Positions 20,540 through 31,251 of a stretch of DNA of 64,000 nt are shown one piece after another. The stretch comes from Microbacterium sp. (lineage in GTDB: Bacteria > Actinomycetota > Actinomycetes > Actinomycetales > Microbacteriaceae). The stretch spans positions 14,839 to 78,838 of the forward strand of contig NZ_JBQDSX010000012.1 of the NCBI RefSeq assembly GCF_052099035.1, read 5' to 3'. Positions within the stretch are counted from its first letter, which is position 1; each line of letters begins with the position of its first letter. The translations under genes and the position numbers were made by a program. The notes under the pieces were generated by a model. That model was not told the origin of the DNA and did not search any database. It saw nothing but the letters and a program-made list of their open reading frames with translations.

Positions 20540-20618
20540 TGAAAGCGCTTGCGTGTTGCAGGTCCCTCGCAGTGGTTTATTCAGACTTTTCACTGTCTTT
20601 TCTCTGGAAGCGCTTGCA
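20540..20618. promoter_or_regulatory. two LacI/cre-type operators (TGAAAGCGCTTGC, TGGAAGCGCTTGCA) upstream of the pullulanase
   Basis: Repeated AAGCGCTT palindromic core at about 20543 and 20608. Confidence 0.7.
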
Positions 20619-20700
20619 GTCATTCCCGAAATCCTGCTAGCTTCGCACCCACAGCATCCGAGCACGTTGTCGTGCTTTTCCCCTCACCCCCGGAGCATTC

Positions 20701-23700
20701 GTGTCGAAGAAGACCGCCCAGCGTCGTGCCGCCCTCCTGATCGCCACCACTCTCCTTGCCTCCGGCATCTCCGCCATCGGTCTTGCTCCGGCATCCGCCG
20801 CGGACCGCACGGTCGCGCTTGTCGGCGACCTGCAAGCAGCCGTCGGCTGTGTCGCTGATTGGGCACCCGACTGCGCCGAGAGCGAGTTGCCGCTCACTGC
20901 CACCGACGGCGTCTACAGCGCCGCCTTCGAGGTGCCGGCCGGCACCTACGAGTACAAAGTCGCGCTCAACGATGGATGGGACGAGGCCTACGGCCTCGAC
21001 GGAGGAGACGGCAACATCCCGCTCACCGTCGCGGGACCCTCGACGCTGCGGTTCACCTTCGATGACAACCTCAAGCGGGTCGGCGTCGAGGTCGAAAGTC
21101 TGCGCTCGACCTACACCGAAGGCGATGATGCGCTCGTCGCGCCGCCCGTTCGCCAGGCTGGAGCCGGCGAGCAGTTCTACTTCGTGATGACCGACCGCTT
21201 CGCCAACGGCGACACCTCCAACGACACCGGTGGGCTCACCGGTGACCGCATGGCGACTGGCTTCGACCCGACGGACAAGGGGTTCTACCAGGGCGGCGAC
21301 ATCGCCGGCATCCGCCAGCAGCTCGACTACATCGACGGGCTCGGCACGTCGGCGATCTGGCTCACTCCGAGCTTCGCGAACAAGCCGGTCCAGGGGGAGG
21401 GCGCGAACGCATCCGCCGGGTACCACGGCTACTGGATCACCGACTTCACCCAGATCGATCCGCACCTGGGCACGAACGCCGAGCTCGAAGCTCTCATCGC
21501 CGAAGCGCATGAGCGTGGCATCAAGGTCTACTTCGACATCATCACCAACCACACCGCCGACGTCATCGACTATGCGGAGTCCGAGTACTCGTACATCGAT
21601 CAGGCGACCAGCCCGTACCAGGATGCCGATGGCACCGCGTTCGATCCCGCGGCCTTCGCCGACGGTGCGGCATCCTTCCCTGCACTCGACCAGAGCAGCA
21701 GCTTCCCGTACACCCCGGTCGTGACCGAGGACGTCAAGGTTCCGGAGTGGCTGAACGACCCGACGCTCTACCACAACCGCGGCAACTCGACCTGGTCAGG
21801 GGAGTCGGTCACGTACGGTGACTTCGACGGACTCGACGACCTCATGACCGAGCATCCGACGGTCGTGAACGGCTTCGTCGACGTGTACGACCAGTGGATC
21901 GACCTGGGAATCGACGGCTTCCGCATCGACACCGTCAAGCACGTGAACTTCGAGTTCTGGGAGCAGTGGACCACCCAGGTCCTCGACTACGCGCACGGCC
22001 TCGGCAAGGACGACTTCTTCATGTTCGGCGAGGTCTACGACGCCGATCCGGTCAAGCTCTCGCCGTACGTTCGCAGCACCGATATGAACTCCGTGCTTGA
22101 CTTCACCTTCCAGTCCGCCGCCGTCGGCTACGCCGGAGGGAACTCGGCGAAGGGCCTGCAATCGCTGTTCGCCGGCGACGACTACTACACGACCGCGGAA
22201 TCGTCCGCGACAGCTCTGCCCACGTTCCTCGGCAACCACGACATGGGCCGGGTCGGCTCCTTCCTCGACGGGACGGATGCTCCGCTGGAGCGCGACGAGC
22301 TCGCCCACGAGCTGATGTTCCTGACCCGCGGCCAGCCGGTCGTCTACTACGGCGATGAGCAGGGCTTCACCGGGCCCGGTGGTGACAAGGACGCCCGCCA
22401 GACGCTGTTCGCCACCGGAGTCGACGAGTACGCGGATCAGAACCTCATCACCGGCGAGGTGGCCGGATCCGTCGATCGCTACGACACGGATGCCGCGCTG
22501 TACGCGCAGATCGCCACGCTCTCAGACCTGCGCGCGGCCCACCCCGCACTCGCCGATGGTGCCCAGATCGAGCGGTACGCCGCCGATGGTGCCGGTATCT
22601 ACGCCTTCTCGCGAGTCGACGCCGAGGAGAAGACCGAGTACCTCGTCGCGGTGAACAACGCGGCATCCGCCCAGACCGTCGACCTGACCACGCTCACGGC
22701 GGATGCCGGCTACGACGTCATCTACGGCGACGCCGCCGCGATCACGACCGACGCCGGTGCCGCGACGAGCATCACCGTTCCCGCGCTTTCCGCCGCGGTG
22801 TGGAAGGCGAACGGCACCGTATCGGCGCCGGACGAGGCCGCTCCCGTGACCATCACGGTCCCCTCCGCCGGCGCCGGTATCACCGGTCAGGCGGCGGTGC
22901 AGGCCGACACTGCTGATCAGTGGCTGCAGACCAGCTTCTCGTGGCGCGTTGTGGGGGCAGAGGACTGGAACGCACTCGGCACCGCCGAGGACACTGCCCC
23001 GCGCGTTTTCCACGACCTCGGCGGACTCGCAGACGGCACGCTCATCGAGTACCGGGCTGTGACCACCGACGCTGCCGGTCACCACGCCGCAGCATCCACC
23101 TACGCATCCGTCGGCAATGCCGTCACGTTGACCGAGACGGAAGAACCCGAGACGACGATCGACTCGGTCGTGATCGCGGGGAGCCTGGATTCCGAGTTCG
23201 GCTGCGCCGGCGACTGGGACCCGGCCTGCGAAGCGGCCAAGCTGAGCCCGCGCGCCGACGGCGTCTGGGAGGGCGCCTTCGACCTGCCCGCCGGTGATTA
23301 CGAGTACAAGGCGGCCATCAACGGCAGCTGGAGCATCAACTACGGTGCGAACGGCGTCCCGGACGGAACGAACATCGCCATCTCGCATCCGGGTGGGCCG
23401 ATCACGTTCTACTTCGATCCCCGCACGAACATCGCCCAGTCCACCGCCGAGGGCCCCATCATCACTCTGCCGGGATCGCAGCAGAGCGAGCTGGGCTGCG
23501 CCGCCGACTGGTCCCCGGACTGCTTGGGAACCCTGATGGCCGACGGAGACGGCGACGGCGTCTACGAGTTCGCGACCGCCGAGCTGCCCACGGGCGCGTA
23601 TGCGCTGAAGGTTGCTCATGGTCTCAGTTGGGACGAGAACTACGGCGCCGATGGGGTGCTGAACGGAGCGAACATCTCGTTCAGCGCGACCGAAGGCAAG

Positions 23701-26700
23701 GTTACGACCTTCCACTACACCCTCGAGACCCACATCCTCGAGATCACCAGTGACGACCCGCTGCTTCCCGGAGTCGGCGAGCAGCGTGCGCAGTGGATCG
23801 ACGAGACCACTATCGCGTGGCCGGCGACTCTGGGAACGCCCGCGGAAGCGGGCTACCGCCTCTACTCATCGGCTGATGCCTCGCTCGCCCTGGCAGACGG
23901 TGATGTCGCCGGCGGCGATGCCATCGAGCTGACCGTCGACGGCACCCTCACCGAGGAGCAGCTCGCACGTTTCCCCGCGCTCGACGGCTACCTTGCATTG
24001 AAGATCGACGATGCGGATGCTGCTGAACTGGTGCGCACGCAGCTTGCCGTTGCCCAGCTCGGGCTGGACGGTTCGGCGACGGCGTACACCGGGGTGCAGA
24101 TCCCCGGCGTCCTGGACGACCTCTACGCATCCGCTGTCGAGGATGCCGAGCTCGGCGTCACCTTCTCCGGCAACAAACCCACCTTCCGCCTGTGGGCACC
24201 GACGGCACAGTCCGCGACCCTGCTCACCTGGGAAGCCGGATCCGACGGCGACCCGGTGCGTCACGAGGCCGCACGGGATGACACATCCGGTGTCTGGCAG
24301 GTCGACGGCAAGAAGGCTCTCAAGGGCGACGAGTTCCTCTGGGAGGTCGTCGTCTACGCCCCGAGCACCGGGAAGGTCGAGACCAACGCTGTCACCGATC
24401 CGGTATCCGTCGCACTGACGCTGAACTCGGAGCGCTCCGTCGTCGTCGACCTCGACGACACGGAGTGGCAGCCGAAGGTCTGGCGCAAGGCGGAAGCGCC
24501 CGCGGTGGATCGCGCTGTGGACCGTGCGATCTACGAGCTGCACATCCGCGACTTCTCCATCTCTGATGAGACAGTCCCGGAGGACGTGCGCGGCACCTAT
24601 CGTGCCTTCGCTGAGGACAGCGCAGGCACCGATCAGCTCCGCGAGCTCGCCGATGCCGGGATCAACACCGTGCACCTGCTGCCCTCGTTCGATATCGCCA
24701 CCATCGAAGAAGACCGAGCGGTGCAGGCCACGCCGGACTGCGACCTCGCCACGTTCGCACCGGACTCCGACCAGCAGCAGGCCTGCGTGCAGGCGATCGC
24801 CGCGGAAGACGGCTTCAACTGGGGCTACGACCCGTACCACTTCTCCACGCCGGAGGGTTCGTACGCCGTCGATGCCGATGGCGGCGCGCGCGTCGGCGAG
24901 TTCCGCACGATGGTCGGATCGCTCCACGACATCGGGCTGCAGGTCGTGCTCGATCAGGTGTTCAACCACACCGCGGCATCCGGACAGGCCGAAACATCGG
25001 TCCTCGACCAGGTCGTCCCCGGCTACTACCACCGCCTGAACGCGGCCGGCGCCGTGGAGACATCGACGTGCTGCCAGAACGTGGCGACCGAGCACCTTGT
25101 GGCGCAGAAGCTCATGGTCGACTCCATCGTCACCTGGGCTCGCGACTACAAGGTCGATGGGTTCCGGTTCGATCTGATGGGACATCACTCCACCGCGAAC
25201 ATGCAGGCGATCCGCGACGCCCTGGACGCGCTGACGATGAAGAAGGACGGAGTCGACGGCGCGGCCATCTACCTCTACGGCGAGGGCTGGAACTTCGGCG
25301 AGGTCGCAGACAATGCTCTGTTCGAGCAGGCCACGCAGGGGCAGCTCGGCGGTACCGGCATCGGCACCTTCAACGACCGGCTGCGTGACGCCGTGCACGG
25401 CGGAAGTCCTGTCGATGGAGCATCCACGTACCAGCAAGGCTTCGGCACAGGGCTGGGTACGGACCCCAACGGCAACGCGATCAACGGCACCGCCGAGGAG
25501 GCACTCGCCGACCTCGGGCACCAGACTGACCTGGTGAAGCTGGGGCTGGCCGGCAACCTGCGTGACTTCTCATTCACGACGAGCGACGGAGAGGTGACCG
25601 CGGGAGAGGACATCGACTATCGCGGTTCGCAGACCGGATACGCCGACCAACCCGGCGAGGTCATCAACTACGTCGACGCGCACGACAACGAGACGCTCTA
25701 CGACCTCTCGGTGTTCAAGCTCCCGGTCGATACGTCAATGGCAGACCGAGTGCGCATGAACACGCTGTCTCTCGCGACGGTCACGCTGTCGCAGTCTCCG
25801 TCGTTCTGGCACGCGGGCACCGAGCTGCTGCGCTCGAAGTCGCTGGATCGCAACAGCTACGACTCGGGTGACTGGTTCAACCGCATCGACTGGACCGGGC
25901 ACGAGTCGACCTTCGGCTCGGGTCTGCCTGCGGCAGCGGACAACGAGGAGAAGTGGCCGATCATGGCGCCTCTGCTCGCAGACCCCGCGCTGAAGCCCGG
26001 TGCGGAAGCCATGGCGGCCGCCGAGGCATCCGCTCTCGACCTGCTGCGCGTGCGCAATGAAGTGGATCTGCTGCAGCTGGGATCCGCGGATCTCATCGAG
26101 CAGAAGGTCACCTTCCCGAACGGTGGGACGGATGCCGCCCCCGGCGTCATCGTGATGCACATCGACGACCTGGTCGGCGAAGATGTCGACCCCGCGCTGG
26201 TCGGTGCGCTCGTCGTATTCAATGCCTCACCCGACGCGGTGACCCAGACCGTCGACGGGCTCGCAGGCCGCGACTTCGCGCTGACGGATGCGCAGGCCAA
26301 CGGTGCGGATGCTGTGGTCAAGACGACAGCGTGGGATGCCGCGACCGGCACTGTGACGGTTCCCGCGCGGTCAGTGGCCGTGCTCGTGGACGCACAGAGC
26401 GATTCGCCGACGGAGCCGACCCATCCTGGTGAGGATGGTGACGGCGAAGGGGATGAGGATGGAGATGGCGACGCTCAGGCGTGGGCGAAGGTGTCTCTGT
26501 CATCCGACCGCGTCGAGCAGGGCGGCGCGATCACGGTGAGAGTGACGGATCTCGAGCCCGGACAGCAGATCACCGCAACGCTGCACAGCGAACCTCGCGT
26601 GATCTCGGGAATCCCCGTGGCTGATGCCTCTGGGACGGTCCGGTTCGAAGTCGCGATTCCGGCGGACTTCGCGCTGGGTGAGCACACGCTGGTGATCACG

Positions 26701-26871
26701 TCCGGCGCGCACGAGCCGATCTCCGTATCGCTGACCGTCGTGCGCGCGGGCGAGCTCGCGACGACGGGAGCGCAGGCGCCGTGGGGTGCGGCACTGCTGG
26801 CAGTGCTGCTCCTGGTCGCAGGCTCCGTGGTCTTCGTGACCCGCAGACGAGGAGTGTTCGACGGGCACTGA
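20701..26871 (+). CDS. pulA: cell-wall-anchored bifunctional alpha-amylase/pullulanase (two GH13 domains)
   Basis: Signal peptide; three GC..DW.P.C modules; DGFRIDTVKH..GEV..GNHD; YNWGYDP-like, DGFRFDLMGH, YGEGWN and AHDN; LATTG + TM + RRR sortase signal. Confidence 0.93.
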   Translation: MSKKTAQRRAALLIATTLLASGISAIGLAPASAADRTVALVGDLQAAVGCVADWAPDCAESELPLTATDGVYSAAFEVPAGTYEYKVALNDGWDEAYGLDGGDGNIPLTVAGPSTLRFTFDDNLKRVGVEVESLRSTYTEGDDALVAPPVRQAGAGEQFYFVMTDRFANGDTSNDTGGLTGDRMATGFDPTDKGFYQGGDIAGIRQQLDYIDGLGTSAIWLTPSFANKPVQGEGANASAGYHGYWITDFTQIDPHLGTNAELEALIAEAHERGIKVYFDIITNHTADVIDYAESEYSYIDQATSPYQDADGTAFDPAAFADGAASFPALDQSSSFPYTPVVTEDVKVPEWLNDPTLYHNRGNSTWSGESVTYGDFDGLDDLMTEHPTVVNGFVDVYDQWIDLGIDGFRIDTVKHVNFEFWEQWTTQVLDYAHGLGKDDFFMFGEVYDADPVKLSPYVRSTDMNSVLDFTFQSAAVGYAGGNSAKGLQSLFAGDDYYTTAESSATALPTFLGNHDMGRVGSFLDGTDAPLERDELAHELMFLTRGQPVVYYGDEQGFTGPGGDKDARQTLFATGVDEYADQNLITGEVAGSVDRYDTDAALYAQIATLSDLRAAHPALADGAQIERYAADGAGIYAFSRVDAEEKTEYLVAVNNAASAQTVDLTTLTADAGYDVIYGDAAAITTDAGAATSITVPALSAAVWKANGTVSAPDEAAPVTITVPSAGAGITGQAAVQADTADQWLQTSFSWRVVGAEDWNALGTAEDTAPRVFHDLGGLADGTLIEYRAVTTDAAGHHAAASTYASVGNAVTLTETEEPETTIDSVVIAGSLDSEFGCAGDWDPACEAAKLSPRADGVWEGAFDLPAGDYEYKAAINGSWSINYGANGVPDGTNIAISHPGGPITFYFDPRTNIAQSTAEGPIITLPGSQQSELGCAADWSPDCLGTLMADGDGDGVYEFATAELPTGAYALKVAHGLSWDENYGADGVLNGANISFSATEGKVTTFHYTLETHILEITSDDPLLPGVGEQRAQWIDETTIAWPATLGTPAEAGYRLYSSADASLALADGDVAGGDAIELTVDGTLTEEQLARFPALDGYLALKIDDADAAELVRTQLAVAQLGLDGSATAYTGVQIPGVLDDLYASAVEDAELGVTFSGNKPTFRLWAPTAQSATLLTWEAGSDGDPVRHEAARDDTSGVWQVDGKKALKGDEFLWEVVVYAPSTGKVETNAVTDPVSVALTLNSERSVVVDLDDTEWQPKVWRKAEAPAVDRAVDRAIYELHIRDFSISDETVPEDVRGTYRAFAEDSAGTDQLRELADAGINTVHLLPSFDIATIEEDRAVQATPDCDLATFAPDSDQQQACVQAIAAEDGFNWGYDPYHFSTPEGSYAVDADGGARVGEFRTMVGSLHDIGLQVVLDQVFNHTAASGQAETSVLDQVVPGYYHRLNAAGAVETSTCCQNVATEHLVAQKLMVDSIVTWARDYKVDGFRFDLMGHHSTANMQAIRDALDALTMKKDGVDGAAIYLYGEGWNFGEVADNALFEQATQGQLGGTGIGTFNDRLRDAVHGGSPVDGASTYQQGFGTGLGTDPNGNAINGTAEEALADLGHQTDLVKLGLAGNLRDFSFTTSDGEVTAGEDIDYRGSQTGYADQPGEVINYVDAHDNETLYDLSVFKLPVDTSMADRVRMNTLSLATVTLSQSPSFWHAGTELLRSKSLDRNSYDSGDWFNRIDWTGHESTFGSGLPAAADNEEKWPIMAPLLADPALKPGAEAMAAAEASALDLLRVRNEVDLLQLGSADLIEQKVTFPNGGTDAAPGVIVMHIDDLVGEDVDPALVGALVVFNASPDAVTQTVDGLAGRDFALTDAQANGADAVVKTTAWDAATGTVTVPARSVAVLVDAQSDSPTEPTHPGEDGDGEGDEDGDGDAQAWAKVSLSSDRVEQGGAITVRVTDLEPGQQITATLHSEPRVISGIPVADASGTVRFEVAIPADFALGEHTLVITSGAHEPISVSLTVVRAGELATTGAQAPWGAALLAVLLLVAGSVVFVTRRRGVFDGH

Positions 26872-27023
26872 TGCACCGTCCGGTGTGGGCAGTCTCTTCC
26901 GGGAATGGTGCAGTGTGTATACATTGCGGCTCATTCAGTGCGTTTTCATTGATGTGTAACCCAATGGATTTACGGGACTGTCCACAACGTGGATAGACTC
27001 GGCTCTGTCGTGAGGAGCATTCG

Positions 27024-27800
27024 ATGAAGATCTTCGTCCTTGTCAAAGAGGTGCCTGACACCTATGGCGATCGCAAGCTGAACCTGGAGACCGGATTGGC
27101 TGATCGTGCCGCCGGTGACGTGGTCCTCGATGAGATCACCGAGCGTGGTCTCGAGGTCGCGCTCTCCTATGCGGGCAAGGCAGAAGGCACGGAGGTCGTC
27201 GCTCTCGCGATGGCTCCGGAGTCGTCCACGGCATCCATCCGCCGCGCGCTCGCGATCGGCGCAGGGTCTGCTGTGCACATCGTTGATGAGCAGCTCGCGG
27301 GAGCCGACCTCGGGTTGACGGCAGAGGTTCTGGCTGCGGCCATCCGTCGCGCAGAGCCCGACCTGGTCATCACCGGAAACCTCTCCACCGATGGCTCCGG
27401 CGGCATGATCCCGTCGATGCTCGCCGAGCACCTCGGATTCGCGCAGGGGACGGCCCTGAACGCCGTCGAGATCACCGCTGACGGTGTCTCCGGAACCCGC
27501 GCGGCCGATGACGGATCGCAGCAGGTCTCCGTGTCGTACCCCGCCGTCATCTCGATCACCGAAGCGCTGCCGGATGCCCGGTTCCCTAACTTCAAGGGCA
27601 TTATGGCTGCGAAGAAGAAGCCGCTCGAGGTGCTCTCGCTCGACGACCTCGGCGTTTCCGCAGATCCCGCTGCAGCGCCCCGAACGATCATGACGACCGT
27701 CTCCGAGAAGCCCCCGCGTGCGGCGGGCGTGAAGATCACCGATGAAGGTGACGCCGGCGCGAAGCTGGTCGAGTACCTCGTGCAGAACAGGCTGGTGTGA
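27024..27800 (+). CDS. etfB: electron transfer flavoprotein beta subunit
   Basis: MKIFVLVKEVPDT, PDLVITG and RFPNFKGIMAAKKKP motifs. Confidence 0.93.
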   Translation: MKIFVLVKEVPDTYGDRKLNLETGLADRAAGDVVLDEITERGLEVALSYAGKAEGTEVVALAMAPESSTASIRRALAIGAGSAVHIVDEQLAGADLGLTAEVLAAAIRRAEPDLVITGNLSTDGSGGMIPSMLAEHLGFAQGTALNAVEITADGVSGTRAADDGSQQVSVSYPAVISITEALPDARFPNFKGIMAAKKKPLEVLSLDDLGVSADPAAAPRTIMTTVSEKPPRAAGVKITDEGDAGAKLVEYLVQNRLV

Positions 27801-28774
27801 TGATGAGCTACCCCGACAAGTCCATCCTCGTCCTCGTCGACGTGACTCCGTCCGGCGATGCCGCCAGCTCGACGGCGGCGCTGATCGGCGCCGCGTCGCA
27901 GATCGGTTCCCCGGTCGCGCTCGTCCCGGGCGGCGCCCAGAGCGCTGTGGATGCCGCGGCCGCCGCCGGTGCGTCGGTCGTTCTCACCGCGGATGCTGAC
28001 GCTGAAACCCTGACGGTTCCGCTGGCCGACGCTGTCCAGGCCGCGTACCAGAAGGTGCAGCCGGATGCTGTGCTGATCTCGAACTCGATCACCGGCCGCG
28101 ATGTCGCCGGACGCCTTGCGGTCCGCGAGAAGCTCGCGCTGTCGATCGATGCGATCGGCGTCTCCCGTGATGACGAGGGCATCATCGCCCATCACTCTGT
28201 ATACGGTGGCGCCTACCTCACCGATTCCGCACCGACATTCGGCGCGCCGATCGTCACGGTCCGTCAGGGCGCGGTGGATGCTCGCGGCGAGGCCGTCGCA
28301 TCTCCCACGGTCGAGGCGCTCGACGTCACGGCATCCGGTGCTGCTGCCGCGAAGGCCGGTGCCGTCGAGGTCATCGAGGTCGAGTCGTCCCGTCCGGAGC
28401 TTCGCGGAGCGACGAAGGTGGTCTCCGGTGGTCGCGGACTCGGTTCGAAGGAGCAGTTCGTGCTCGTCGAGCAGCTCGCTGACGCGCTGGGGGCCGCTAT
28501 CGGCGCCTCGCGCGCTGCCGTTGATGCCGGATACATCCCCTACGCGCACCAGGTCGGTCAGACCGGCGTCTCGGTTTCTCCGCAGCTGTATGTCGCTGTC
28601 GGCATATCGGGCGCGATCCAGCACCGGGCCGGCATGCAGACCGCCAAGAACATCGTCGCGATCAACAAGGACGGCGACGCTCCCATCTTCGACGTCGCCG
28701 ACTTCGGCATCGTCGGTGACCTGTTCACCATCGTGCCGCAGGTCGTCGAGGCTCTCGAAGCGCGGAAGAAGTAA
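27800..28774 (+). CDS. etfA: electron transfer flavoprotein alpha subunit
   Basis: [23 protein letters not shown] and [16 protein letters not shown] motifs. Confidence 0.95.
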   Translation: MMSYPDKSILVLVDVTPSGDAASSTAALIGAASQIGSPVALVPGGAQSAVDAAAAAGASVVLTADADAETLTVPLADAVQAAYQKVQPDAVLISNSITGRDVAGRLAVREKLALSIDAIGVSRDDEGIIAHHSVYGGAYLTDSAPTFGAPIVTVRQGAVDARGEAVASPTVEALDVTASGAAAAKAGAVEVIEVESSRPELRGATKVVSGGRGLGSKEQFVLVEQLADALGAAIGASRAAVDAGYIPYAHQVGQTGVSVSPQLYVAVGISGAIQHRAGMQTAKNIVAINKDGDAPIFDVADFGIVGDLFTIVPQVVEALEARKK

Positions 28775-28776
28775 CC

Positions 28777-30375
28777 ATGGCGACGCGGATGCTCAGGCGA
28801 GGCCTGCCGCGAGTGGCTGGAGGTGACCCCTGGCCCCCGGCCGGCGACGTCGAGGTCGCGGATGCTGCGGTGGCTGCTCCGGTAACTGAGGAAGGCTTCG
28901 ACTCCTCCGTCGCTCAGCCCGTTTCGTCTCCTTCGTCGCTCAACGACCCGCAGGAAGAAGTTCCCGCGGCGGCAAAGGCCCCGCAGGTTGATGGAAGTGC
29001 GACACTGCGTCGGGGGCTTCCCCGTACGCCCGGCGGAGAGGCATGGCCGCCCGCGAATGCTGCCCCAGCCGCCGTTCCCGCACCAGCTGCTGCACCCGCA
29101 GAGACTCCGGTCGTTGAGCGAGGGAGCGAAGCGACTGAGACGAAACGGGTTGAGCGAGCGAAGCGAGTCGAAACCGCGACCGCCCCCGCAGCCTCCGCCC
29201 CCGGCGCGACCCTCCGCCAAGGCCTGCCGCGCACGCCCGGCGGCGAGCCCTGGCCTCCAGCGGGAACCGCTGCGGCGGTCGCCGTCGTCCCCGTCTACGA
29301 GGAGGTCGAGTCCGACGACTTCATCGAAGCATCCGAGATCCCCGGATCTGCGGTTGCGACGATCGATGTGAGCACCCCGTTGCCGTTCACGCAGACGGTG
29401 TTCCCGGGAAAGAACGCTTTCGTTCACCAGAAGCCTGCCCCCGAGCCTCAGCGCTTCGGTCCGTTCACGAAGGGTCAGTGGGCAGGCGCCGTGATCGTCG
29501 GCGGTATCGCCCTGCTAGGTGCCGCTGCGATGGCCGTGCTGTTCGTTCGCTGGTTCCTCAGCCTCGACTTCATGCAGGACTTCCTCGCCACCTATCCGGG
29601 CGAGTACCACCTGCCCGAGGGTGCGCCGGTCGGGTTCCCGGCGTGGCTGGGCTGGCAGCACTTCTTCAACGTGTTCCTGATGGTGCTGATCATCCGCTCG
29701 GGCCTGCGTATCCGCAACGAAAAGCGACCGACGGCATTCTGGACACCCCGCGGCGAGTCCAAGGGCAAGGTCAGTCTGACGATCTGGTTCCACCAGTCGC
29801 TCGACATCCTGTGGCTCGTCAACGGTGTCGTCTTCATCGTGCTGCTGTTCGTGACGGGACAGTGGATGCGGGTGATCCCCACCAGCTGGGAGGTCTTCCC
29901 CAACGCGCTGTCCGCGGTTCTGCAGTACATCTCGCTGGACTGGCCGACCGAGAACGGCTGGGTCAACTACAACTCGATCCAGCAGATCGCCTACTTCGCG
30001 ACGATCTTCCTCGCAGCTCCTCTGGCCGCCGTCACCGGATTCCGCATGAGCGGGATGTGGCCGAAGAACGCTGAGAAGCTCAATAAGGCGTACCCGATCG
30101 AGTGGGCGCGTGCGTTGCACTTCCCGGTGATGCTCTACTTCGTTGCCTTCATCGCCGTGCACGTTTTCCTCGTGTTTGCCACCGGCGCGCTGCGCAACCT
30201 CAACCACATGTTCGCCGCGCAGGGCTCCGCTGATCCGAACGCGTACGCCGACAACTGGACCGGGTTCTGGTTCTTCGTCGCGTCCCTCGTCGTCATCGCT
30301 GCAGCCTGGGTCGCGGCGCGTCCGATGGTGCTCGCCCCGATCGCCAAGCTCTTCGGGACGGTGAGCAGCCGCTGA
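28777..30375 (+). CDS. cytochrome b/b6-domain membrane protein with repetitive N-terminal extension
   Basis: Four His in TM helices (WQHFFN, WFHQSL, ALHFPV, AVHVFL); YN..QQ.AY; starts 2 nt after the etfA stop. Confidence 0.85.
   Translation: MATRMLRRGLPRVAGGDPWPPAGDVEVADAAVAAPVTEEGFDSSVAQPVSSPSSLNDPQEEVPAAAKAPQVDGSATLRRGLPRTPGGEAWPPANAAPAAVPAPAAAPAETPVVERGSEATETKRVERAKRVETATAPAASAPGATLRQGLPRTPGGEPWPPAGTAAAVAVVPVYEEVESDDFIEASEIPGSAVATIDVSTPLPFTQTVFPGKNAFVHQKPAPEPQRFGPFTKGQWAGAVIVGGIALLGAAAMAVLFVRWFLSLDFMQDFLATYPGEYHLPEGAPVGFPAWLGWQHFFNVFLMVLIIRSGLRIRNEKRPTAFWTPRGESKGKVSLTIWFHQSLDILWLVNGVVFIVLLFVTGQWMRVIPTSWEVFPNALSAVLQYISLDWPTENGWVNYNSIQQIAYFATIFLAAPLAAVTGFRMSGMWPKNAEKLNKAYPIEWARALHFPVMLYFVAFIAVHVFLVFATGALRNLNHMFAAQGSADPNAYADNWTGFWFFVASLVVIAAAWVAARPMVLAPIAKLFGTVSSR
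28894..28950 (+). repeat. Family A doublet translated in frame ([19 protein letters not shown])
   Basis: GGCTTCGACTC..CGCTCAGCCCGTTTCGTCTC..CGCTCAACGACCCG matches the 46196 copy. Confidence 0.8.
29109..29175 (-). repeat. Family A doublet translated in frame ([22 protein letters not shown])
   Basis: GAGACGAAACGGGTTGAGCGAGCGAAGCGAGTCGAAACC is the exact reverse complement of part of the 46196 copy. Confidence 0.9.
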
Positions 30376-31241
30376 TGCCGTCCGCCGCAGCCTCGCCGCA
30401 CGACGTGCGTGTCGACAGCGGTGGCGTCGAACTCGTCGGTGATCACTGGCCGGCTGTCGGAGCGTCGAGGGGCGCCGTCCTGCTGCTTCACAGCGGAGCC
30501 CAGCGCCGGCACTCCTGGCGGCGGACCGGCCAGTGGCTCGCGGAAGCGGGATGGTCGGCCTGGGCCTTCGACGCACGAGGACACGGCGAGAGCGACCGCT
30601 CCCCGGACGGGGACTACTCGATCTCGAGGCTCGTCGACGACGCTCTCGCGATCATCGACGACATTGGCGAACCGCCGGTTCTCGTCGGTGCGTCGATGGG
30701 CGGGATGACGTCGCTCATCGCCGAGGGGGAGCGCGGTCCGCTCGCCCGCGCCCTGGTGCTCGTGGACATCGTCGCGCGCATCGAGTCGGAGGGTTCGAGC
30801 AAGATTCAGGCTTTCATGCGCAGCGCTCCGAATGGATTCGCGACGCTGGAAGAAGCATCCGACGCCATCGCCGTCTACAACCCGCATCGCCCGCGCCCGA
30901 AGTCCCTGGACGGTTTGCGCAAGAACCTCGTGCAGCACGACGACAGGCGCTGGTACTGGCACTGGGACCCGAAGATTCTCGTACGTGGCTCCGAGCCCGA
31001 GCTCGAGATCCGGTACGCGCGGTCGAAAGTAGCGGCGCGGAACATCACCATCCCGACGCTCCTCGTTCGCGGCGGACAGTCCGACATCGTCAGCGAGGAA
31101 GGGCTCCGCGAGATGCATGAACTCATTCCGCATGCGCAGTCCGTCGAGGTGGGGTCAGCCGGTCACATGATCGCGGGCGACGATAACGATGTCTTCACCT
31201 CGGAGCTGCTGCAGTTCATCGAATCGACGCCGCGGGTGTGA
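30375..31241 (+). CDS. alpha/beta hydrolase
   Basis: DARGHGES, nucleophile GASMGG, C-terminal AGHMIAGD. Confidence 0.88.
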   Translation: MPSAAASPHDVRVDSGGVELVGDHWPAVGASRGAVLLLHSGAQRRHSWRRTGQWLAEAGWSAWAFDARGHGESDRSPDGDYSISRLVDDALAIIDDIGEPPVLVGASMGGMTSLIAEGERGPLARALVLVDIVARIESEGSSKIQAFMRSAPNGFATLEEASDAIAVYNPHRPRPKSLDGLRKNLVQHDDRRWYWHWDPKILVRGSEPELEIRYARSKVAARNITIPTLLVRGGQSDIVSEEGLREMHELIPHAQSVEVGSAGHMIAGDDNDVFTSELLQFIESTPRV

Positions 31242-31251
31242 GCCTCCGAAC

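Noticed and set aside
26910-26996. DnaA-box-like words (CTGTCCACA, GTGGATAG) and palindrome GCAGTGTGTATACATTGC upstream of etfB, considered as oriC or a defined operator
   Set aside because: Only 1-2 imperfect boxes, no dnaA/dnaN context, and no regulator could be assigned
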